Shown here piece after piece: positions 1-13,510 of a DNA stretch of 64,000 nucleotides. Origin of the DNA: Octopus sinensis (lineage: Eukaryota); assembly GCF_006345805.1 (NCBI RefSeq), contig NC_042997.1, forward strand, positions 38,626,001 to 38,690,000. The letters run 5' to 3'. The position numbers were made by a program, and so were the translations under genes. The notes under the pieces are model-generated. The model had not been told where the DNA came from. It worked only from the letters and a program-made list of their open reading frames with translations, and did not search any database. Every line of letters starts with the position of its first letter. The first letter of the stretch is position 1.

Positions 1-479
1 CACGGAGAATAACAAATATTTTTACATTGGCTGTACAATTAATTTTTAGCCAGAGTTAGAAATCACATCTCGACTTTAAATTACGTCATAAAGCTGGTAC
101 CACCACACTTTCAAACAAAATTGGGACTCAAAAATAATAATAAAATTATACCCTTAATTGGGAAATAGTTAGGAGAGCAATTCCGTATAAAAATAGTAGG
201 GTTGGTTGTCAACTATGCTCCATGGAGACGTACGAAATTCTAAAGCATAGTAAACATAGAAATTATTGAATAACCATATCGAACTAGGTCAAGTTTGTGT
301 CCACGCTAATTGAAGACTTTAAAATATTTTAATGATTGGAATATTCATAACTAGATAGATAGATATAACTTGATTTCTACTAGTATAGCACTGCTTTAAG
401 TAGATAACTAAGAGTTCTCACATTACATTTATCTTTATCTTTTTCCTTATATCTGCATCAGTTTTTTGAGAACAGGGAA

Positions 480-1760
480 ATGAATAGTACTTATTCGCTA
501 CTTAATTGAGGCTTTATTTAATTTCAAACTCACAATTTTTAAATTCTTAATTTTAAATCTTAATTGTAATATTTAATTTTAATTCCTAACTTAATCTAAT
601 TTAAATAGCATAACTCTAATAAATTATAATTAGTTACTGTAGCCCCATAATTCTATTTCATAATTAAATAAATAAGGCTATTCCCTCGGTGATAATATGA
701 TTATCTTCATTATGATAGACAATCCCCTAACACCTTGTAAATGATCTTATAAGATTTGACCTGTAGTCAGTCAATGTATGAATAATAACGACAACTCCTT
801 AAGACAATAAAATGAATAAATTAAATAAGTAAATTTTTAATGACTTTTTGATAAGATTATACTTAGATTTTCCTAATGTATTTTCTGGTGATTTTAGCAT
901 CTGACCCCTTAACCCCTGACTATTTATCTCTTTAGATTCTCTTTAAACTCATAGCTGATTTCAACAGCAATAATTAACGGTTTACTGGTCAAAGAATAAT
1001 ATCCTCCTCTAGTTCCTAGATGCCTGTTGATTAAAAAGACTTACAGTCTACTAACTCTTCTGTATAACTAGAACCCTCTTTTTTTTTTCTTTCTTTTTTC
1101 CCTTCTTTCCCTATTTCTTTCTCTTTTCTCTTTTTCTTTTTCTTCTTCTTATTCTCTGTTTCCTTTTCTTCTTCTCTTTTAGTCCCCCTTTCCCCCCCCC
1201 CTTTTTGCTCCCTCCTCCATTATTTCTCTCTTTTCTTCTATTCCCTTCTCTATTCTTGGCCGATCTAGTAAGCCCTTCAGCCTTAAGAGTTAAATAGCTA
1301 CTGCCTCTTGTGAATAGCAGTAATGTGATTAATGTGGCAAATACCTAATCATATAACAAGGATTGATACCTACCTCATTGTGTTCAACCATTGTGAAATT
1401 TATCGCCTGTGAATATGAAATTCATCTCCATTTCTCTGGAAATTCATCTACACCATTGGAATCTGTGCATATATACAAAGGATTAATTCTCCCTCTCTGT
1501 AATGCTAATAAGCAGGAATTGAGACCCACCCGTTGTAATTCATGGAATAAATTTGTCTTCTGTGAGTATATAATCCCTCATCATATCTATGGAAATTCAT
1601 ATGGATTAGGTCACCTTCTCTGTGATGCTATCAAAACTTTTTTAAATTCTGTGATAAGACTGTACATCATCTTTAAAGAACTTTAATGAACTTTAGAAAT
1701 CTGTTTAATTATCTACATTACTTCATGAGTATAGCCTCAACACTAGGATGTCTAGAGAAC
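480..1760 (-). pseudogene. Possible heavily degenerate Penelope-like reverse transcriptase remnant
   Basis: Minus-strand translation with many stops gives fragments such as VDEFPEK..INFTMVEHNEVG and YRSNLIRSFTRC, loosely resembling Penelope RT motifs. Interrupted by a pyrimidine tract (about 1075-1260). Recognised by eye only. Confidence 0.25.
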
Positions 1761-1887
1761 TTACATGTATTTTAGCTGATGAGTACGGACTCGTTCTATG
1801 CTGTAATCTTTGCAACTTTTAATAAAACCTGTCCTTGTATGAACGATCGTACTAAAAACCTATCCATTCTTGTTGCTTCTTTCTCGC

Positions 1888-1928
<41 letters not shown>

Positions 1929-2269
1929 TGTATATATATATACATATATGGATGTATTGGTGTATATATATATATGTGTGTATTGGTGTATTTATGTATA
2001 AGCGTGTCTATTTGTGTATGTATGTATGTATGTATGTGTGTGTATACATGTATATGTGTGTGTATATATGTATATATGTAAGCGAGAGGGCCGGATCGAA
2101 ACAAAAACAATAAATATATTGATATCTTAGTTTTGATGCATAGTTTGTTTTTCTATGCCTGTATAGAGTTGCTTTCGTTTTTCGTGTTGTTTCATAAATA
2201 TCGATAAATAAAAGTATGTATAAGTGTATATATATGTGTGTGTGAGAGAGACAGAGAGAGAGTATAGAA

Positions 2270-2369
2270 NNNNNNNNNNNNNNNNNNNNNNNNNNNNNNN
2301 NNNNNNNNNNNNNNNNNNNNNNNNNNNNNNNNNNNNNNNNNNNNNNNNNNNNNNNNNNNNNNNNNNNNN
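2270..2369. other. Assembly gap (100 N)
   Basis: Run of N directly visible. Confidence 0.99.
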
Positions 2370-3614
2370 GCATTTCTTAAGATTGGGTCGTTAAGATGGA
2401 TATCCTCAAGCAAAAAATATAAAATTACAGAACATGATTACAGATAGCTTGTTGCTTTAGGTAGCAATAAAGGCAGAAAATTAAGAACTGAATGGCTGTA
2501 AATGCTCGTTCACCTAGAATATATAGAAATACTTTGCTGACGTTTACGTAAGAGATAAAAGTAAGGAGAATGGGTTATCTTTACTAATAATCTATGTAAA
2601 TTTTCGACGTAATGTTAACCAGCGGAGATACATTAAAGATTTATTATAAGAACTAGGGTAGGATATATAGCTTGCATGTTAATTGAAGTTGTTTAGCTCC
2701 GGGTCAGCCTTAAACAAGCAAACATACGATTAAAATTCTTCCGTCTCGACCTTGCCGCCTTTTGTCATATATCTAAGACTATATCATCTGTCTTCTTATT
2801 TATAAGTTAGTGGTTGTGATTAAGGTAGATTTGGGCAGCATTTCTAGCAGGTTAAACTAGCACGTAAATATTCCTTTGTTGGCTTTGTTCTGAGTACGAA
2901 TGGTGGGTGAAATTTTGATTATTCGCAATGGATATATAAGAAAATTATATAATATAAATATAAATATAAATATTTATAAATATAATATATATTTAATATA
3001 AATATAAAGCAAAAGCCAAATGAACTAAACAAAATATAATATTCAATTTAAATAAGACTCAATTTGCTTTACACGTAACAGTTTTCAATCTTTAATACAT
3101 TTTAGCCGGATACTTATTGATAGGGCAAAAAGTGTTGATCAGAACCTCATTCATGAACGTGTATATACAACAATATATCAAATTATATTACTATCGGAAT
3201 TTATACTCCTAGACAATGTACTGTATATATTGTATTGCATTATCTTTTGTAACATAACAAGAGAAGATATTATGATGGCATGATGTCTCACAAATCAAAT
3301 CCGGTTGGTCAGAAATTGTTTTCTAATAGCGTACTTATAATAAATTTCGCAAGGGTACTATTGTTGGTCTCTAACGCAGTTAACTCCCAGATTTGATCAC
3401 TCCATCTTAATTTCAAATCCATAATATCTATGGCTATATAATCAAGTGTATCCTTTTGCATTATATATATATATAAATACATACCTATGAGGAATCTAGG
3501 TGAACCTCCCTCTTATAGCCACTCAAGCCACTCTTTACTCCGCGGACGTGGTCCGTGAAAAAGATGTTAAAGTGTAATTTCAAATCATTTGATCACTGTT
3601 GACTATATATATGT

Positions 3615-3900
<286 letters not shown>

Positions 3901-3966
3901 TCTCAATTTTATATATAGTGCTTACTAAAATATATATATAGCTTATTAAAAATATCTATATAGATA

Positions 3967-4126
3967 GGCGTAGGAGTGGCTGTGTGGTAAGCAGCTTGCT
4001 TGCGAACCTCATAGTTTGGGGTTTAGTCCCATTGCGTGGCACTTTGGGTAAATGTCTTCTACTATAGCCTCGGGCCGACCAAAACCTTGTGAGTGAATTT
4101 GGTAGACGGAAACGGAAAGCCCGTCG

Positions 4127-4210
<84 letters not shown>

Positions 4211-4446
4211 AGTGTGTGTGTGTCTGTGTGCGCATGTGTGTGTGTGTGTGTGTTTGTGTGTCTGTGTTTGTCCCCCCACCAATATCACTTGACAACCGAT
4301 GCTGGTTTGTATACGTCCCCGTAACTTAGCGGCTCGACAAAAGTGACCGATAGAATAATCTCTGGGGTGATTTGCTCCACTAAAGGCGGTGCTTCAGCAT
4401 GGCCAGTCACATGACTGAAACAAGTACAAGAGTAAAAGAGTAAGAG
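3967..4446 (+). mobile_element. tRNA-derived SINE family A (octopus OK/OR-like), full length
   Basis: Head GGCGTAGGAGTGGCTGTGTGG with A/B box-like motifs, internal (TA)n(TG)n, tail CAAGTACAAGAGTAAAAGAGT; many copies in the window. Confidence 0.9.
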
Positions 4447-4920
4447 AGATACTACGATGACTGTTCTCCTTCTAAAAGAATGGAACCCGACTTTAAATAA
4501 GATTAAGAACTCGATGCACTCTGAGCATAATAATATTAATAGCGCAGTATGAAATCTGTTACGCAAAGAGAAATAACTCAGAGTCAAAACTGGTAGTTCT
4601 GTTAGTTGCGGTAGACGTTAATGGTGATAATGGGGAATTAAGAGATACTGAGAGAAAGGGATAGAGAAAGTTATACACAAACTCTATTGGGAGAATTTTT
4701 TTCTCCAAGACATAATTCCCCAGCGAGTGTGTTAATGACACAGAAACGTGTTAAGAATAATATACATATTATTGTTAACCCTCGCTCCTTCATGTGCTTA
4801 TACCGAATATATATTTGCGTGTGTTTGTGTATGTGTATCACTCATTTTGATTTTAATTCGCTGTGAAATGTTTTAATGATTTCGTTCCTTAATTAAGATT
4901 GTATCGAAGCCTTTGCTGTA

Positions 4921-5138
4921 GACATAATCTCTCGATTATCGCGGGTGTTACGTCTCTGCGGTAGGTGAAAATCCGCCAAGTAGAAAAAGTGTTATACTTT
5001 TTATTATTTTTTAATTTTTATATATTTATTTTATTATAAATGCAAAACAGCACCGCGGAGGAATCGACGTAAGCTTAAATAATTAACCGCGATAGGCGAA
5101 CCGCGATAAGTGAACCGCGATATGGCGAGGGGTAACTG
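4921..5138. mobile_element. Tigger/pogo-type MITE
   Basis: Imperfect TIRs (GACATAATCTCTCGATTATCGCG ... CGCGATATGGCGAGGGGTAACTG), TA on both flanks, subterminal AACCGCGATA repeats; related to 58614-59093. Confidence 0.65.
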
Positions 5139-5544
5139 TATGTACATTTATCTTCCATTTGGGGCGGGGGTGCATAAAGATAAAATGAGATAAAATAAAA
5201 TAAAAATAGAATATTGTCTTGAAATATGCTACCTCTTAAGACTAAACATATACTGCAGAAAAAATAGAATTTGGGTTTCATCTTTCTCAACAAAGTTCTA
5301 ATAAACGTAAAAATTCCACTGATATTGGAAGTTTATAGAAAGTTTGTAGTTTATAAATATCTAGAGTTGTTAGTTCGTCATATATTTTACGTGACTAATA
5401 ACATCTTGTAATGTTACTTTCTAACTTTGACGCAAAACCACTCCTTTTATGTGGGAATTGTAATGTATTTAATTAATCCTGTACTTAGCAGGCTCGTATC
5501 CTGTAAACCCGGAAGGACGGTATACAAAATTACCATGATAAAAA

Positions 5545-5760
5545 TTGGCTTCAAATTTTTGCACAAGGCTAGTAATTTGCGGAGATTGGGTAAGTCGATT
5601 ACATCGATCCCAGTGTTCAACTAGTACTTATTTTATCGACCCTGAAAGGATGAAAAGTAAAGTCGACTTCGACGAAATTTGAACTCAGAACGTAAAGAAA
5701 GACGAAAAGCCGCTAAGCATTTTGCCCAGCATACTAACGATTCTGTCAGCTCGCCGCCTT
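5545..5760 (-). mobile_element. SINE family B, diverged copy
   Basis: Reverse match to the GGCGGCGAGCTG..GAGTTCAAATT..GTCGACTTT..CATCCTTTC family. Confidence 0.8.
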
Positions 5761-7021
5761 AACCCTAAGAAATATTTGAACTAAATAGCATTTAGAGTAG
5801 AAATTTTAAGGGAAAGGTTGAACTCGGCAGGATTTAGAATTATAGCATAAAGAGATCTCGTGTAATTAAAATAATGGCAAAGAGTTAATCTGATATAACT
5901 CGATTTGCGCCTCTATGTCTCGATAGCAACTACTTTCAATACTCACAAGACTCCAGTAAAATAGAAGCATATTAATATTCCATAGTTTGAAAGATGACGT
6001 GAATGTAATAATAGATATATAATAGGTTTCTGTCTACTTTACTTTCATTTAAAAATAAAATTAGAGCTATTTCTTAATCTTTCTGTTATAAGTTTTTCCA
6101 AGACAGTGACGGTTTTGATTTCGGTTATTCATTTTCAATAAACTCTAGATAAGTAATTTTTCAATGATAAGCAATTTTTCCGCTTCAGGCTATTATAAAT
6201 ATGGTAAATTTGAAAAACCGGAAAATTGCAGTTTCTTATTTTATAGTTACTTTCTTCTGAAGCAAAATATCGCCAGGGTAACGGACTGACTATATAAGGT
6301 AGTAAAATAGCTTTGTTCAATAAGAAGTGAAAGTAGTTTTTTTTTTTTTTCACACAGAATACAGACACAGAAATAAAATTATATATTTAAATTACGTTTA
6401 TGTCATACATATCCAATAATCCCTGCCCAATAAAAGTAAAACAAAGAAACATCTACAATTTTCCGGAACCCAACAACATACATTCTTCGTTCAGATAATA
6501 GGCACATACTTGTTAAAATAGCAGCAACACTAATTAGCAGCAACGCGATACTTGGCTTCAAGCGCTCATAGATGTGTACAAGTCACGTTTGTTCTCATTG
6601 TGGTCACCAATAAAATCTACAGCATTCCGAAACAGGCCTTCCAGCTAGATAAACAAATAACATAATCATATTTTCATACTATGGCTCATGTGATGTTCGA
6701 ACGTCTACCTATTTTCAAATACGCAATCAAAAAACTGCCGAGGGTCATATATAACATGAAGAAACACAGATATATCCGAATGGCGGACGTTTTGATCAAC
6801 CTGTTAATAGGTCACGGGTTCAAGTCTGTTACTTTCGTTTCGTTGCGCATCTGAATAGGGCACGTAGGCATATAACTGCGCATGTCTCACTTCAGAAAAT
6901 TATTTGCTACAATGTATGGGAAATATTTTTCTTGGTTTTTATCTATTTTTGAAAAGAAAAAACGAGGCACTTAAGTAAATCATTCTCAAGGAAAAATATA
7001 TCAGTGCATCAGTATATACCA

Positions 7022-7434
7022 GGCGCAGGAGTGGCTGTGTGGTAAGTACTTTGCTAACCAACCACATGGTTCCGGGTTCAGTCCCACTGCGTGGCATCTT
7101 GGGCAAGTGTCTTCTGCTATAGCCCCGGGCCGACCAATGCCTTGTGAGTAGATTTGGTAGACGGAAACTGAAAGAAGCCTGTCGTATATATGTATATATA
7201 TATATATATGTGTGTGTTTGTGTGTCTGTGTTTGTCCCCCTAGCATTGCTTGACAACCGATGCTGGTGTGTTTACGTCCCCGTCACTTAACGGTTCGGCA
7301 AAAGAGACCGATAGAATAAGTACTGGGCTTACAAAGAATAAGTCCTGGGGTCGATTTGCTCGATTAAAGGCGGTGCTCCAGCATGGCCGCAGTCAAATGA
7401 CTGAAACAAGTAAAAGAGTAGAAGAGTAAAGAGT
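7022..7434 (+). mobile_element. SINE family A, full length
   Basis: GGCGCAGGAGTGGCTGTGTGG head through (AAGAGT)n tail. Confidence 0.92.
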
Positions 7435-7656
7435 ATATGGAACCTTATTCCATGCCGTAATTGATTTAATGCTAAACTAAAAAATGGTTACAGTTCCCAT
7501 AATCAATACTGCGATGCCTGAATGGATATTGTCATAGATCGTCAGCTTGTATTATGTAACTAATAATACCCCCGTAACTGTAGTGAATACACTTAACTCT
7601 AAACCATTCTATTTCACCTCGCTATCACAGGGTATTAGGAGGCTGGAACAACTTAC

Positions 7657-7746
7657 TTTGTAGGCGTCATCATCATCAGTGCAAAGTCGACACATTTCGT
7701 TAACTGATGATGTTGGCTCCAATTTGTCAGTGAGAAAAGATTGGTA
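7657..7746 (-). CDS. Candidate internal exon of unidentified host gene (YQSFLTDKLEPTSSVNEMCRLCTDDDDAYK)
   Basis: 90 nt, open in phase 0-0, acceptor TATTGTCAG, strong donor AAA|GTAAGT; no homology recognised. Confidence 0.3.
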
Positions 7747-7943
7747 CTGACAATAGTTATTTGACAGTGGAACTTAGCTACAAAAGTTGTAATGCTTCTT
7801 CAACTATCTAAGAGGTTGAGACACACACTATAACAATCAATATGTATTGCATAGTGTTCAAAGATAGTTTTCTTGTATGTGTGTGTGTATGCGCGCGCGT
7901 GTGTATGTGTGCACGGGCGGGAATGTGTGTGTGTGCGTGTGTG

Positions 7944-7974
<31 letters not shown>

Positions 7975-8022
7975 ATGCATGTATGTATGTATGTATGTAT
8001 GAGTGTGTGTGTGTATGTGTGT

Positions 8023-8080
<58 letters not shown>

Positions 8081-8528
8081 GCTATCTTCAGACAACAATA
8101 TAAAATATAAAGGAATGTACAAAACAACAAATTATGCAATATGACTTTTACACTTTCTTGCAGTTACCAAACGGTTCAATCGGGTTATGTATCAGATACT
8201 TCTAAGCTTGAAAACATCCGATAACAGTAATTATAATTACTTACGTTAATTATTCATTTTCATTATTTGACCAAATTAGATATTATGTAGACCAATTTAC
8301 ATTAACTATAATTGTGAGAATTTCGAACACTGAGCAATGAGATGTAAACTTTTATATATTGTGAAGTATCTCATAAATTTCTACATCATGCTACAATGAT
8401 TTTATCACGGAGCATAAACATGTCATAAGGAATCAAATTTATGTACTTTTGGAGATTATTCAAAAGTCTTATGACATTCTATATTCTAATGCAAACATGT
8501 TCTAGGCTGAAAACGGTTACCAAGCATA

Positions 8529-8790
8529 GGCGTAGGAGTGGATGTGTGGTAAGTAGCTTGCTTTCCAACCACATGGTGCCGGGTTCAGTCCCACTGCGTG
8601 GCACCTCTACTATAACCTCGGGCCGACCAAAGCCTTGTGAGTGGATTTGGTAGACGGAAACTGAAAGAAGCCTGTCGTATATATGTATATTTATATATGT
8701 GTGTGTGTGTATGTGTGTGTGTTTGTGTGTGTGTGTTTGTCCCGGTAGCATTGCTTGACAACCGATGCTGGTGTGTTTACGTCCCCGTCA
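8529..8790 (+). mobile_element. SINE family A, internally deleted and 3'-truncated
   Basis: Head and microsatellite present; sequence stops after CGTCCCCGTCAC. Confidence 0.85.
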
Positions 8791-10086
8791 CATCTTTTAT
8801 ATATATATAATGTATGCATCTATAATACACACACATTATAAATATATACACATATATGCATATGCATTAGAATATGTGTGTATAGGTGTATATATATATA
8901 TATATGTATATATATGCATATGTTTGTATACATGTGTGTGTAGCTATTTAGGATCTACACAAATTTTATATATACTCCACGAAGTTTGAAGGTGTTTAGT
9001 TAGAAAAAATTATTTTTTAAATCTGTAGGTCAAAAGGTAAAGATCCGGTATTTTAAATTTTTGTTGCATTTCTAATCTTTCTGATGTCTAAGGATGGATA
9101 TTTATGCGTGTGAATCTTTTTCTTTTTATTTTGTTTCAAATATAATTCTAGGGAACTGAAAAAGCTGTGTACGATGCCAAGCGAATTTAGCTGTTTACGA
9201 TAAGCGGATGTTTACGTTTTAGCTATTTACATGTTTACGTTAACTACGTCACAAAAAAGCTTTTTACGTCACAGTAACAATATTTTGAGAGGCAGTAAAT
9301 GATATGAGGTCGAAACAAAGAATACCATTGGTTAAAATTCGAATTATTAAACAACGTTAAACTTAGAAATTACAATTCCGTTTTCATTTTGGTTTACAAT
9401 TATGTTTTCTTTTGACACATTCTACCAGTATACGAAGTTTCAAATTGTTTAGTTAACTAGAAAAATTTGGCCTTCTTTTAGAAAAGATCCTAAATAAATA
9501 ATAAACAAATGAATAATATAGTCACAGAAATAAAATTACATGTGTAAGTCACATTTATGTGATGCCTATTCATTCACACACACCACACACTCGCAATAGA
9601 AAAAAACATCCCGAAACATCAATAATATTCCCGAACAATGCTAACGTTATTCCTCTAATCTGTCCAGACGAAAGATACATACATATGGAAATAACAACAG
9701 TACATTAAACTATGTTAGTTGCGACACAATGCTGGAATGCATGCTGTCATATACAAGAAGTATCGCTATTATTTTGATCTTACTAAGTTCATTTTGTTTG
9801 CCTGTGATGTGATCACCAACAGAACATCACTATACTGAAATACATAGATAGAATTTTACAATTGAAACTATAGAGCCCCCGAATAAAACACCATTATTCA
9901 TAGGTTTATTTGATCATGATAGATCTGGAGCTCTCAGGTTAAAATCACTATTTGTGTATGAATATTGGTAATACAGTGATACCTTGACATACGAGTTTAA
10001 TTGGTTCCGTAACGAAGCTCGTAAATCAAATTACTAGTATGTCAAATCAAATTTCCCCTTTAAAATTTATTTATTTATTCTGGACC

Positions 10087-10754
10087 GCGAAATTTTTTTC
10101 CCACGAGAGTTCAGAACCTGTTATGAACTCATTTGCATACAACCAGTGAGAGTTCAGCTATCAAACTAATTTATGAGCGCATAAGAAGTGATGGGCGATA
10201 ACATAAGGTCACCTGGGTAAGGAATAGCCATGCTTCTTTCCTCCTTTAATAAAGTTTGTTGTTCTTTTTCTGGTTTCAACTATGGCTGCCTCTGCTTCGT
10301 TATTTGTATGGCTATTTGTTTTGTTTTGTTTTTTGACAAAATTCATAGAATTTATGTAACTCGTTTTTCGCCGAAGACCACAGGAAAATGCGCAGGTGGG
10401 ACTCGGATAGCCAAAGATACGTTAACAATACACAGATACGTCTATAATTCGTATTAATGAATTAATATGTATTTTATAAGATCTTCAAGCAGTTTCCGTA
10501 CTTACATATTCGTCAAAAACATTATCTTTGATTGCTATAGTAATTCAAACTTACCGCTAACCAGCGTATGTGTTTAATATCGATGATATTGGCATCTGAA
10601 TGAGAGCACGATGCAAGATTCGCATGGCAATCGGAGGTCACTATTTTGAATGTCAACTTTTGTAAACTTGACACGGTCAAGGTGAGCTCCGATTGGCTGT
10701 ATGCAAATGAGTTCGTTACTGGGGTCCGGAACTCTCGTGGGAAAAACATTTCGC
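10087..10754. mobile_element. Unclassified element with about 70-bp inverted terminal arms, nested in the Tigger 3' end
   Basis: 10087-10158 is the imperfect reverse complement of 10683-10754. Confidence 0.55.
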
Positions 10755-11797
10755 TTCCTGGCCCCGCCAAAATCACCGCAATTCTTTTTCTTTTATGTGT
10801 TTTTAAATAAGAAAACTGTACTTATAAATAACGAATATTGTATTTAAAAAAAAAAACAATACAATAGAATGTACTGCAATAAACTGATTTTATTAAGTAT
10901 CATGTACAGCATTTACTTTGGAGATCAGACGACTTGGGGATGCTGACAGAGGTGGAGGAGAACGGCTGAGCTGAAGAACTGAATCTGATTTTTGCCCTTT
11001 TCGCCACATTTTCCTCACTTTTATCTGCAGGAGTTTTCTATAAAAACCTCGCCAATAAAGTTGATTTCATCCTCACTTTCAGGGTGTTTCTAAAATGAGT
11101 TAGGCAAGTGCCATTAAATAGCACCGTCGCACGCCCAGTTGCAACTTTTTTCTGGGTGATTCTTTCGAATAAAGTCTGAAAAATTTTCCCACATTCTCAA
11201 CATTTTCTTCATCGCAATTATAGAGATAACCTCCTCTGTCTCATCCGTGCCACCTATTTCTTGCAAAACCTCTGTGTGCTGCTGCGTCTGTAGCTCCTTT
11301 AGCTCTTCCTCTGTCAGTTCCTTAGAGTGCTCCTCGATGAGCTCCTTGATATCACCTTCATCCACATCCAGGTCCATGGACTTGCCGAGGGAGACAATCT
11401 CCTCTACCACTGCTGCTTCGGATTCGAGTCTTTCAAAGACCGTTTCAGACACAACTTCAGGCTAGAGCTTCTTCCACGTAGAGGTCAAGGTCCTTTTTGT
11501 AACACCCTGCCAGGCCATATCGATAATTCTGAGGCATATCACGATGTTATAGCTGTCCTTCCAGAACTCTCGAAAGGTGAGGTTTATACTCTCCGTCATC
11601 TCAAAGCAGCGGCGGAACATGAGCTTGGTAAAGAACTTCTTGAAATTAGAAATCTCCTGCAGGTCCATGGGCTGCAAGAGAGAGGTGGTGTTGGGTGGAA
11701 TGTAGAGAAACTTTATAAACTTGAACCCCTCGAGGATATCATCTTCGAGGTTAAGTGGGTGAGCAGGTGCGTGTACGAAAAGGGCTTGCAGGGGTAC

Positions 11798-12034
11798 ACT
11801 TTTACCCTTTTACTTGTTTCAGTCATTTGACAGTGGCCATGCTGCAGCACCGCCTTTAGTCGAGCAAATCGACCCCAGGATTTATTCTTTGTAAGCCTAG
11901 TACTTATTCTATCGATCTCTTTTGCCGAACCGCTAAGTTATGGGGATGTAAACACACCAGCATCGGTTGTCAAGCGATGTTGGGGGAACAAACACAGACA
12001 CACAAACATATACACACACGTACACACATATATA

Positions 12035-12090
<56 letters not shown>

Positions 12091-12254
12091 ACGACGGGCT
12101 TCTTTCAGTTTCCGTCTACCAAATCCACTCACAAGGCTTTGGTTAGCCCGACGCTATAGTAGAAGACACTTGCCCAAGGTTTCACGCAGTGGCACTGTAC
12201 CCGGAACCATGTGGTCGGTAAACAAGCTACTTACCACACAGCCACTCCTACGCC
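11798..12254 (-). mobile_element. SINE family A inserted in the Tigger transposase
   Basis: Full-length reverse copy; transposase reading resumes on both sides. Confidence 0.92.
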
Positions 12255-12880
12255 TTAGGATATTTTCGGGAAATATTTATAAACGTCAGGACCAAAGACC
12301 AAATTCACCCACACCACAGAGAACTACTTGGATTTGCCCTTCACATAACCTGCAGTTTTTCTTTCAAAATCTTATGTGACTTTAAGGCTCTGGGGTTTTC
12401 CGAACGATAAACAAGCAATGGCTTGATTTTGACTCACCTCTCACACTGGTGCATAGTGCGAGGGGGTTAACCTATTTTTCATGGGTTTGTGGACTCGCAT
12501 CCTCCTCTCCTCATCTGTTATATAAGTTCTCCTTGACATATTCCATAAAAATCCTGTCTTGTCACAGTTGAAGACTTGCTGGGAGATGTATCCTTCGGCT
12601 GCTATAATTCCAGCAAAAGTTTTTGAGTGGTCATCAGCTGCCTTCATATCTGCTCTCGCTGCCTCATCATACCTAAAACAGGTGCGAATTCTCGAACCAG
12701 CCCCGACTACCTTTAAACAGTTCGCCCGATACCTCGTCCGTACAAGTGCCTGGAGTCTGCTGCAGTAAATCACTGTAAATAGCTTGTGCATTCTCGCAGA
12801 TTATAGCCTCCGTCACAGTATCTCCTGCGAGCTGCTTCTCCGTCAACCACACCATCAGCAGCTTCTCCATATTTTTTTAA

Positions 12881-13110
12881 GGCGGCGAGCTGGCAGAATT
12901 GTTAGCACGTCGGGCGAAATGCGTAGCCGTATTTCGTTTGCCGTTACGTTCTGAGTTCAAACTCGCCGAGGTCGACTTTGCCTTTCATCCTTTCGGGGTC
13001 GATAAATTAAGTACCAGTTACGCACTGGGGTCGATGTAATCGACTTAATCCGTGTGTCTGTCCTTGTTTGTCCCCTCTGTGTTTAGCCCCTTGTGAGCAA
13101 TAAAGAGATA
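12881..13110 (+). mobile_element. SINE family B inserted in the Tigger transposase
   Basis: A box GGCGGCGAGCTGGCAGAA, B box GAGTTCAAACTC; 9-bp TSD CATATTTTT (12868-12876, 13111-13119). Confidence 0.93.
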
Positions 13111-13510
13111 CATATTTTTATGGATAGATGTCCGGTTTTTAGAAATTATTTTGACGCCCTTGACTAGCGTTATAGCCTTTATCAACTCCTTCTGCTTCAG
13201 TATGGTGCAGATTGTAGAAGTGCTACGCTCGTACTGCTTCGTCATGTCGACTACACGCAAACCTTGACCATGTTTTTGGATAATTTCTTTCTTTAATTCA
13301 ATGCATGTTATCCGCTCGTTCTTCTCACTACTCTCCTTCGCACTCACTTTCTTCGGAGCCATGACTGGAAAAACGAAGTTTTGCAAAATAACCGCAAGCA
13401 GAATTGGTGCTTCTGTAACCTGCAACGACTAAGTAAGCATTTTAACACCCGTCCAGCGAACGATCCACTAACGATCATCGCACTTGCTAACGTGCCTATC
13501 TGTCTATCTG

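Larger units (their letters stand above)
10930..13362 (-). pseudogene. Tigger1/TIGD1-like transposase pseudogene
   Basis: Fragments MAPKKV..IELKKEIIQK (CENP-B HTH), EKLLMVWL..FKGSRGWFE, QQVFNCDKTGFLW, APAHP..IPPNTTSLLQPMD..AWQGVT. Frameshifted and split by two SINEs. Confidence 0.9.

Noticed and set aside
1760-1800. CTGATGAGTACGGACTC resembling a hammerhead core
   Set aside because: No GAAA after the stem and no helix I/III pairing.
1796-2413. ORFs rich in YI/HT/CV/X, and similar ORFs throughout (e.g. 18202-18672, 22449-22880, 38486-39247, 42231-42737, 60510-61130)
   Set aside because: Translations of microsatellites or N gaps, not proteins.
6512-6646. Minus-strand segment with good acceptor and donor signals
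   Set aside because: All three frames contain stops; it could be a UTR exon but this cannot be supported without RNA data.
6939-7256. Recurrent [15 protein letters not shown].. and [10 protein letters not shown].. ORFs (also 16815, 19064, 20068, 24975)
   Set aside because: Antisense or sense translations of SINE family A.
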